This document shows, in pieces, positions 1 through 7,413 of a DNA stretch of 64,000 bases; within the stretch, counting starts at the first letter, position 1, and each line of letters opens with the position of its first letter. The stretch is from NCBI GenBank assembly GCA_031962025.1, contig JAVRKW010000004.1. The stretch is one strand, 5' to 3'. Origin of the DNA: Pseudothermotoga sp. (lineage in GTDB: Bacteria > Thermotogota > Thermotogae > Thermotogales > DSM-5069). A program made the translations under genes and the position numbers. The notes under the pieces are model-generated. The model was not told where the DNA came from. It worked only from the letters and a program-made list of their open reading frames with translations, and searched no databases.

Positions 1-2
1 TA

Positions 3-425
3 GACTTTCCATACTCACTTCTCTACGGTGTTGCGATAGGCGGAATGTTTGTGATGATAGCAACACTGCAGGATCTGAAAAGAAGAAAAGATACCACGTG
101 GGAAGGAAAGGTAATAGACAAAAAGACCTATCAGAAGACGGAGGTACGAAATGTCGGAGGAATAAGGAAAACATATCGCTACACCCTGTACGTTCTGAAG
201 GTGATGCGTCAGGATGGAAAGGTTTACACGCACAAATTCAGGGACAATTCCACCGTGTTTGACTATTATCAGATAGGAGATGCTGTTAAACACCACAGGG
301 GATTGTATCTTTATGAGAAATACGACAAATCGAAAGACTCACAGATTTTGTGTGTAGCCTGCGGGACTTTCAACGATATCCACGACGATTTTTGCAAACA
401 CTGCAAAGTACCGCTTTTGAAGTAG
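3..425 (+). CDS. Membrane-anchored protein with C-terminal zinc ribbon (5'-partial)
   Basis: Frame of ORF 45..425 stays open to the window edge (DFPYSLLYGVAIGGMFVMIA, hydrophobic). C-terminal CVAC-x10-CKHC motif. Confidence 0.75.
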   Translation, partial: DFPYSLLYGVAIGGMFVMIATLQDLKRRKDTTWEGKVIDKKTYQKTEVRNVGGIRKTYRYTLYVLKVMRQDGKVYTHKFRDNSTVFDYYQIGDAVKHHRGLYLYEKYDKSKDSQILCVACGTFNDIHDDFCKHCKVPLLK

Positions 426-433
426 GTGATTTG

Positions 434-982
434 ATGGAAAAGAAGATCTCTTTTGGTTCGATCCTGCCGATGATGTTCAACCCGGCGGCTTTCTTACAGA
501 ACTATTTTGACAGAATGAATCTGATTTTCTCGATGCTCATAAGCGGGCTTGGCTTTGGATTGTTCTTTTTGCAAACGGGTTTTGATCTTTATAAAACCGG
601 TCAGAAACCGCTTAACTTCGCATACACGATCGGCGGTGTGGGGTTTTTGTATGGAGCATTGATAATACCGTTCTTTGGGGTGCTGCTGTGGATTTTTCTG
701 AAGATCGCAAGATCAAAATCCACTTTCAAACAGACTATCTGTGCGGTCTGTCTTTCTTACAGCGGTCTTTTCATTTATTCGATCTTTGGCTTGATCTTCT
801 CGTTTTTATTCAACTGGAGAACTTCGATGGCTTTTGGAGCAACCGGTGCTGTGTGGTCCATAGGTGCGCTGATTGGGACGATCAAACAGTTGAGCGGTGG
901 CAAAACCGGTCTTTCGATTTTTCTTTCCACCGTGTTTGGAACGATCGTTTTGTTCAGTTGGTATTATGTGGGAAACATCTGA
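434..982 (+). CDS. Yip1-like multi-pass membrane protein (~5 TM)
   Basis: AGGTGA RBS before ATG 434. Starts 'MMFNPAAFL' followed by about five hydrophobic helices, a Yip1-type layout. Confidence 0.6.
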   Translation: MEKKISFGSILPMMFNPAAFLQNYFDRMNLIFSMLISGLGFGLFFLQTGFDLYKTGQKPLNFAYTIGGVGFLYGALIIPFFGVLLWIFLKIARSKSTFKQTICAVCLSYSGLFIYSIFGLIFSFLFNWRTSMAFGATGAVWSIGALIGTIKQLSGGKTGLSIFLSTVFGTIVLFSWYYVGNI

Positions 983-985
983 GGG

Positions 986-3751
986 GTGATTTTTCTGAAA
1001 AAATTACTCACATTACTTTTTTTTACAATCACTGTCAGTTTTTTCGCAAATCAGGTGTACGAAAAAGTCATCTTCAAAAGCGGTAGCTGGTTGATAGACC
1101 AGCAGGATTTTGAAGGAAAACAGATTCTTGTGATCAGGCACGAGGGCGGTATCGATTTACTGCGCGTCATACCTGAACAGCGAAAGGATTCTGTGAGTTT
1201 CAGCATCGATTCTGACATTGTCCTGAGGTCTGTCTACCTTGCATGTGAGGATGCAAAGAGCCAGAAAATAACCATAGAGGGTCAAGGAAAAACCTTTGGA
1301 CCTTATCAGACTGCCAGGATGGAGGGCGGTGAATACATTTTCGAGCCTGACACAGAAATCGTTTTGAAAAAAGGCAGTTATGTGATCAAATTTTCAGATC
1401 CATCGATTCTGATTCACGATCCCATCACTGGTCCAGCCGTGGTTGTAACGGGGATCGATGCTGAGCTTTACAAATCTTCTTTGAAGCAAAACGACGAAGA
1501 AGAATCGATCGTGGCTGGTCAAAGCACGCTTTTAGAAAATAAACCAGCTCAAAAACTTGGTACCATACCGCAGAGCCAGAAAAAACCCATACAGTTCACC
1601 ATAGAAGAGGGTATCCTGATCGAGCAGATGGCGATAGATCTGATCTCAAAGCCAGTTGATCTGCCGAAAACTTTCATCGTCATTTACGATAAGAGCAACA
1701 GATCCTATGGTCCTTATTATGTCAAAGAGCTGGATGATGAAAACATGATCATCTTCTTTGAGCCTATGGTTGCTTTAAAGCCAGATACCTACACGGTGAG
1801 AATGTCAGATGAATCTGCGATCAACTACGACAGAGACGGCAGACCCATATACGCACTGAAGTCGTTCGAGTATTTTGATTTCACGGGGACTTACAAGATG
1901 AATTTCAAGGTCACAAGGGTGAGAACTCTGAAGGGTGCGTCTGAAAAGACAACACTCGATGTGAAACTGTTTGAAGTTGGATTGATAGATCACGGTGATT
2001 TCATCGAGCTGGTTGGAAAGATAGATCTTGCAGAGGTTGTGAACATCTTGCAGGAACAGACAGGAAGAAAGATCAGTGCGAGCTATGAAGGACAGGTCTT
2101 TCCATTTTCTCAGGCATGTGAGATAGTTGAAAGATCAAAAGAATCTGTGAAATGCAGGTTTTCTTTGCGGTTTAACTTCACAAACATGCCTATCGTGAAC
2201 AGATTCATATTCGGGGAGGCAAACGCGCTTGTGGTGATGACCTTCAGCACCCGTCCGGGGCTCGCACCCGGTGTGACTATATCAGGCAGTGCGAAATATT
2301 TGAGGACATATGATCCGCACCTTGGAACTGATATTAATGACTATGTAATCAGCGGTGATGGGTACAGAGTATTGGAAAAACTACCGGCTTTTGTCATCAA
2401 CGCGATGAGCAAAAATTTTGCAAGCGCTGGAAACATACCAGGACCGGGCTCTGCAGAGCAAGCTGCAACAGGTTTGCTTTTCCCACCATTGATAGCAGCC
2501 ATTGGCTATGCACTGCAGGAGCTTTTAAAACCAAAACCGGGTGGAGTTTCACAGGTGTTTGCTGACTACACGCGCGCGGCAAGAGGAGCAGCACGCAGGG
2601 CGGCAGCAAGAGAAGCAGCTAAAGATTCGTCTTCTGTCTCGCAGGAAGCTTCTGAACCTGTTGAAGAAGAATTTGAAGAAGAGGAATTTGAAGAAGAACA
2701 GCAAGAACCTGAACAAACCTATGAAGAAGCTCAACAGGAAGTTCAAAAAGAAACTTCTGAACCCAGGCAGGAACAGCCACAGGAACAGACAAAACAGCCT
2801 GCACCGGTCACTCTCACCGTGGTTGCTGATCACACAGGAAGAACCAAAGAGGTAACGTACGATCCAGAAACAGATCAGTGGATAACAGAGGACGGGAACC
2901 TGTTCAACTGGGAAGTTTATGAGAAAATCGTTCTTCCAAATCTGGAAAAAGACAGAGCATGGATAGAAAAACAAAGAGAAAAGATGATGGAACCAACCAG
3001 GATAGAATCAGAGCCAAGCGAGAAGGAAAAATACATACAAAATCTTGAGAAAAAATACGGTGTGAGTAGACAAAATCTAAGAGAGCATATATCAAAAGAT
3101 ATAGATGAAAATCTGGGAGCCTTCCAGAAATTCAAAAATAACGCTGACTGGTATGACAGTGCGTACAAAGTTGCAAAAGGTACTCAGATAATTGCAGACA
3201 ACGCAATCGACGGTCTTGCTGCCTGCACAGGTGTATACGGAAAATCTGTGAGAGCTGTTTACAAGGCAGCCAAGGCGTTCGTGCCGGACGAAGATGGAAA
3301 AGGTATAACATTCGGCAAAGCCATTGAGACAGGAGCTGATATAGCAAGTGATTTCATACCATTTTCTTCTCCATGGAAAGAAGCGGCGTTCAAAACGGCA
3401 GGTGCCGCGATCGGCGGCGGAGTGGATGAAGGCTGGAAAGGATTTGGCAAAAAGCTCGTTGAATCAGGTGTAAGCAACTCTTTTGAAGCCTTTGCAAAGA
3501 CCATAGGTGGAAAAGGCTATGGCGATGATGTGAGCAGTTTTAAATCCAAATGGTGGAACCCTGAGATGTCAAATCTGATGATTCCTACTGGATCGAGCAA
3601 GAACGTTGGTTTGCTGACATCGTCTTCTGGTAAAGATATTTCTGGATTGGTCAGCGGCAAAATAGTCAGAGAGATCAAACTACAGGGGACAAAAACGGCA
3701 GCCGCATTCACTTCTGAAATGTACGTAAAACCCTGGATAAGCGGCGATTGA
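986..3751 (+). CDS. Large uncharacterised single-pass membrane protein (signal peptide, repeated beta domains, TM, acidic linker, helical Gly/Ala-rich C-terminus)
   Basis: 921-aa ORF with GAGGGGTG at the start. N-terminal KK plus hydrophobic signal. TM-like ATGLLFPPLIAAIGYAL. Poly-Glu/Gln linker. Confidence 0.8.
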   Translation: MIFLKKLLTLLFFTITVSFFANQVYEKVIFKSGSWLIDQQDFEGKQILVIRHEGGIDLLRVIPEQRKDSVSFSIDSDIVLRSVYLACEDAKSQKITIEGQGKTFGPYQTARMEGGEYIFEPDTEIVLKKGSYVIKFSDPSILIHDPITGPAVVVTGIDAELYKSSLKQNDEEESIVAGQSTLLENKPAQKLGTIPQSQKKPIQFTIEEGILIEQMAIDLISKPVDLPKTFIVIYDKSNRSYGPYYVKELDDENMIIFFEPMVALKPDTYTVRMSDESAINYDRDGRPIYALKSFEYFDFTGTYKMNFKVTRVRTLKGASEKTTLDVKLFEVGLIDHGDFIELVGKIDLAEVVNILQEQTGRKISASYEGQVFPFSQACEIVERSKESVKCRFSLRFNFTNMPIVNRFIFGEANALVVMTFSTRPGLAPGVTISGSAKYLRTYDPHLGTDINDYVISGDGYRVLEKLPAFVINAMSKNFASAGNIPGPGSAEQAATGLLFPPLIAAIGYALQELLKPKPGGVSQVFADYTRAARGAARRAAAREAAKDSSSVSQEASEPVEEEFEEEEFEEEQQEPEQTYEEAQQEVQKETSEPRQEQPQEQTKQPAPVTLTVVADHTGRTKEVTYDPETDQWITEDGNLFNWEVYEKIVLPNLEKDRAWIEKQREKMMEPTRIESEPSEKEKYIQNLEKKYGVSRQNLREHISKDIDENLGAFQKFKNNADWYDSAYKVAKGTQIIADNAIDGLAACTGVYGKSVRAVYKAAKAFVPDEDGKGITFGKAIETGADIASDFIPFSSPWKEAAFKTAGAAIGGGVDEGWKGFGKKLVESGVSNSFEAFAKTIGGKGYGDDVSSFKSKWWNPEMSNLMIPTGSSKNVGLLTSSSGKDISGLVSGKIVREIKLQGTKTAAAFTSEMYVKPWISGD

Positions 3752-3765
3752 AAGGGGAGTTTTCG

Positions 3766-4680
3766 ATGAGGCTCACTTTAGAAGAGATCAGCTATCTTGG
3801 AAAGATGCTCAAAGAAAAGAACGAGATAGGACTTTTTTCAAATATCAATGTTCCATTAAAGGGAGATGAAGAAAAATCTCTGATCAAAAAAGGTGTTCTT
3901 GATGAGAAAGGCTTTGTCATTGGAATGGACGAATTTTTGAGAATAATTTCCGTGCCCGAAAGAGTCTGCAGATTTGTGGCGCAGGTCGGTTACATGGTGG
4001 TTGAAAAATACAGTTACTGGAAAGACGGCAGGACGGTGCTTGCACAGAACAGCGAAGGTGTTTTTGTCTTTTCCATAGACAGCGATCTGAGAGCTGTCAG
4101 GGGTCAGTTGATAGACCTTTACGGCGGCTCAGATCTGAAAACAACAACTGTATCTTTTCAGATGTCCACAGATGAACTGATGACTTTTGCGGCTCTGGTT
4201 GACCTTTACAGAAAACAGGAGCTGTTGAGCTATCTTTCTATAGGTCAGCCAAAAGACTCTTTTTCATTTCAGGAACTTGAGCAGTATATCCAAAAACCGA
4301 TGAAAAATGGTTTTATGAGTTTTTTGCAGAACAACTTCAGCAACTTTTCAAAGACTTTTGATTTAAAAGCGACGGTTTCTGAACTTGTGAAAAAATCTGT
4401 TCTGCTTGATAGTGAAGAGTTGAGTTTCAATTTTGAACCGATGATTTTTGCGAAAAACTTCCTTTTGGTTCATTCTGTTTCTCTTCTTGAGGTTTTCAAC
4501 CTGAAAAACGGCACGATGGCTGTTTCTTCGACGATTTTTCTCAATGCGGGCGTTCATGATGTGCTCAGAATTCAGCTTTTAAATAAAGGTACAGATCTTT
4601 CCACAATCACATCAAGACAGCAGATAGACGAGATTGTCTGGGCTCTTGGCTGTCCAGAGCTGACAGCTCAGCAGGATTGA
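3766..4680 (+). CDS. Hypothetical soluble protein
   Basis: AAGGGGAG RBS before ATG 3766. Long ORF tightly following the 921-aa gene. Confidence 0.75.
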   Translation: MRLTLEEISYLGKMLKEKNEIGLFSNINVPLKGDEEKSLIKKGVLDEKGFVIGMDEFLRIISVPERVCRFVAQVGYMVVEKYSYWKDGRTVLAQNSEGVFVFSIDSDLRAVRGQLIDLYGGSDLKTTTVSFQMSTDELMTFAALVDLYRKQELLSYLSIGQPKDSFSFQELEQYIQKPMKNGFMSFLQNNFSNFSKTFDLKATVSELVKKSVLLDSEELSFNFEPMIFAKNFLLVHSVSLLEVFNLKNGTMAVSSTIFLNAGVHDVLRIQLLNKGTDLSTITSRQQIDEIVWALGCPELTAQQD

Positions 4681-4684
4681 GGAG

Positions 4685-5248
4685 ATGGTTTTGTTGAACG
4701 AGAATATTCTGAAATTTTCAGCTTTGAAGGCTTTTTTCAGAATAGTCGGTTTTGGCTTGATTGGTTTTGTGGTTTTCTCAAAACCGTTGAAAGATGTGAC
4801 GGCTCTGAACGCACTGTTCAGCACAGCGATGGGCATTTTCTTTGGAGGTGCGTACAGGCTGTTTTTGATCTGGTTTTTGAAGCCATTCAACAGAGATCTG
4901 AAGGAAAAGTACGGGAAAAAGGCTGTCAAAAAAGCCTTGGAGAATGGGCTTGTGTATATCTTTCCGTTCTCACTGATCGCGTTTTTTTCAAGGTTTGTGC
5001 TTGGAATATCGATTGCAACGGCACTGTTTTCAAGTGCACTGCTCATAAGTGCGTTTTCTGGTGCAAATTCCATAAATTCACTGAGAGAAAAACCGCGTGC
5101 TTCTAACATAGTCGTTGCTTTCATAATAAGCTTTGTCTTTTCGACTGCCTGGATTTATTATTCGTCGTTTGCATCAAAAATTCCAGAGTACACAGAAAGC
5201 GGTATAAAACTTCTGTACATGTTTTTGACCGGTGCTTTTAAAATTTAA
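4685..5248 (+). CDS. Hypothetical membrane protein (4-5 TM)
   Basis: GAGGAG RBS and multiple hydrophobic segments. Confidence 0.75.
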   Translation: MVLLNENILKFSALKAFFRIVGFGLIGFVVFSKPLKDVTALNALFSTAMGIFFGGAYRLFLIWFLKPFNRDLKEKYGKKAVKKALENGLVYIFPFSLIAFFSRFVLGISIATALFSSALLISAFSGANSINSLREKPRASNIVVAFIISFVFSTAWIYYSSFASKIPEYTESGIKLLYMFLTGAFKI

Positions 5249-5249
5249 A

Positions 5250-6353
5250 TTAATGCCGATCTAAGAGCGCTCTTTGAATCATCGGATCACTTATGCTGTA
5301 GAGTTTTTTCCCTTCTTGATAGCTGATCTGTAAAAATTCCATTTTTTGAAGCGAAGTGAGAATGTTGCTGAGCGTTTGATCTGTTATGGAACCAAATCGG
5401 GCTGTGATGACATCCTTTATCTGACTGAAAGTTTCCGCACCGGAGCAAACGGCTTTCAGTACAAATATGTAGTTTTCAGATCTCAGCCTGAGTGAATCAA
5501 GCTCTTTTTTAACCATCTCTATGGCTGATTTCTCCGTTTCTCTCAGGGCATTTTCCCAATTTCTGGTTGTATAGACTACATGTCCATACATTGAAAGATA
5601 GCCTGTGATTCCATCCAGCAAATCAACAGCTTTTTCGATCTTTTCAATCACTGGTTCTATGCCAACTTGTTTGAATCCTTCAACAAGAAACTGTATGGAT
5701 TGAAATCTTTCAAATCTTTCAAGTGATACTTCGTGGACGTATCTTCCAAAAAGCGGTGAATTCGCATCCTGTAAGTTCAAAAAATCGTGCAACACACCAA
5801 CTTCCGAACCTGTCAGTACAACGATTATATTCTCGAGATTGTCGTATATGTGTGCCATTAGATTGAGCAGGTCTTTTCCACCTCTGCCGTAAAATCTCAG
5901 CACCTGAGCTTCATCAAAAGCGATGAACAGTTTTGAATTCTTCTTTTTCATTGCCTGGTTTATCAGCTCAAGATAATCAGATAAACAAAGATCTTTCTGG
6001 AGTTTTTCGAAGTTGAGCTCAACACCGCTCAGATTTATTTTTGTGAGCACTTTGAAGATCGATTTGTTTTTTTGGAGAATATTCTCAAGCTCAGACATGA
6101 GTTTTTTCTCAAAAGAAATCCTGTCGAATTTGTTTATCTTTTCATAGATTCTGCAATCTATGAAAACTGCTGAGTTTCCCTGATCTTTCATCTGGTTGAG
6201 AAAGACTTTCAGCACAGATGTCTTACCTATTCTTCTTACACCGGTTATGAGAATTATTCTGCCTGTTTTTGAGTACTCAACGAGTCTGGACAGTTCTTTT
6301 TCACGATCATAAAGATTTTCCCTACAGCTCTTTGGCGTCAATGAAAAGTACAT
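5250..6353 (-). CDS. Archaeal-type AAA ATPase with C-terminal winged HTH
   Basis: LYDREKEL N-terminal motif, Walker A GVRRIGKTS, Walker B IAFDEAQ, TGSEVG and PLFGR motifs, C-terminal YSISDPM. Confidence 0.9.
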   Translation of the reverse strand: MYFSLTPKSCRENLYDREKELSRLVEYSKTGRIILITGVRRIGKTSVLKVFLNQMKDQGNSAVFIDCRIYEKINKFDRISFEKKLMSELENILQKNKSIFKVLTKINLSGVELNFEKLQKDLCLSDYLELINQAMKKKNSKLFIAFDEAQVLRFYGRGGKDLLNLMAHIYDNLENIIVVLTGSEVGVLHDFLNLQDANSPLFGRYVHEVSLERFERFQSIQFLVEGFKQVGIEPVIEKIEKAVDLLDGITGYLSMYGHVVYTTRNWENALRETEKSAIEMVKKELDSLRLRSENYIFVLKAVCSGAETFSQIKDVITARFGSITDQTLSNILTSLQKMEFLQISYQEGKKLYSISDPMIQRALLDRH

Positions 6354-6392
6354 AACTCAACCCCCTTTGAGTAACTCAACCCCGTTTGAGTA
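6353..6392. repeat. Tandem 19-bp repeat, each unit an ACTCAA-N6-TTGAGT palindrome (candidate operator)
   Basis: TAACTCAACCCCCTTTGAG then TAACTCAACCCCGTTTGAG, directly abutting the ATPase start codon. Confidence 0.85.
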
Positions 6393-6401
6393 ATTATACC
6401 A
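6393..6401 (-). promoter_or_regulatory. Extended -10 promoter element (TGGTATAAT) for the ATPase gene
   Basis: Reverse complement of ATTATACCA is TGGTATAAT, 40 bp upstream of the start. Confidence 0.6.
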
Positions 6402-6459
6402 TTTCCATTTTAGGAGTACTCACTCGATATGCAGAAAGATTTTCTCAGGAGGGTAATAT

Positions 6460-7413
6460 TTGGCGGAAAAGCAAAAAAAGAAAGGCAGAATGAAAGCCTT
6501 TTTGAAAGTCATTATCATAGCTATTTTCGTGAGCTTCACGGTACTCGTGTACGGCTACTTTGTTTTTGAATACAATAGAATAAAAGGTCTTGCCACAAAT
6601 CCAATTGAAGATTGGAAAAGTTATTTTGCTTTTCTCCTTTCCAGGATTCCTTATGTGAACAAATACGTGAAGTACGAACCACTTGAGATACTCTCACCCT
6701 GGGAGTACTTTCAGGACATATCAAAAACAGCTTCTTTGAGAGCACAGCAAATACTCGAAGAAGCCAAAAAAGCAAAATCACAGACCGATGAACAGATGAA
6801 ATTACTCCAGGAACAGAGAAAAGTGATTTTGCAGATGAGAAAAAGCTGGGAAGATAAACTGCTTCAGGTTGAAATGGATTTGAAGAGGTTGCAAAACCCC
6901 GAGGATATCAAAAAAATAAGCGAGACGATTTCCAGTGCTGATCCAGCGGCAATTGCCCCTGTTCTGGCTAACGATGCGTACACGGTTGATTCCATAGCCG
7001 CGGCTCTGACAAACCTCTCATCTGATCTGAGAGCGGATGTTTTGGCTGAGCTTGGAAAGATAAACCCGGCAAAGGCGGCGCAGGTCATGAGTAAAATAGC
7101 CTCTGTTGAGGAAATTATCAAGAATCTGCAAGAAAAACAAAAACAACTGGATGAAAGACAAAAACAGTTAATAAGCGAGATGTCTTCACTGATCGATGCA
7201 AAAATCATCAAAGACCTTTCAGTGGAATTCTTAAACCAGTTCACGGATGAACAAATACTGCAGATGATAGATTCGCTCACACTGGATGAAAATTCCTTGA
7301 TGGTGATACTCTCAGCTCTCAAAGAAGAAAGATCAAAAGAACTGCTGAAAAAGTTGAAAGATCAAAAGCCAGAACTGTTTCAAAAATTGGTGTTAAAGGG
7401 GGTGAACCTATAA
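6460..7413 (+). CDS. Flagellar FlbB/MotE-like protein (N-terminal TM, coiled coil, MgtE_N-like region)
   Basis: AGGAGGG RBS with TTG start. TM plus coiled coil plus 'LAELGKINPAKAAQV'. Lies immediately before fliK. Confidence 0.65.
   Translation: MAEKQKKKGRMKAFLKVIIIAIFVSFTVLVYGYFVFEYNRIKGLATNPIEDWKSYFAFLLSRIPYVNKYVKYEPLEILSPWEYFQDISKTASLRAQQILEEAKKAKSQTDEQMKLLQEQRKVILQMRKSWEDKLLQVEMDLKRLQNPEDIKKISETISSADPAAIAPVLANDAYTVDSIAAALTNLSSDLRADVLAELGKINPAKAAQVMSKIASVEEIIKNLQEKQKQLDERQKQLISEMSSLIDAKIIKDLSVEFLNQFTDEQILQMIDSLTLDENSLMVILSALKEERSKELLKKLKDQKPELFQKLVLKGVNL

Noticed and set aside
6400..6435. Sigma28 promoter for the flagellar operon
   Set aside because: Only a partial -10-like CTCGATAT is present, with no TAAA at the proper spacing.
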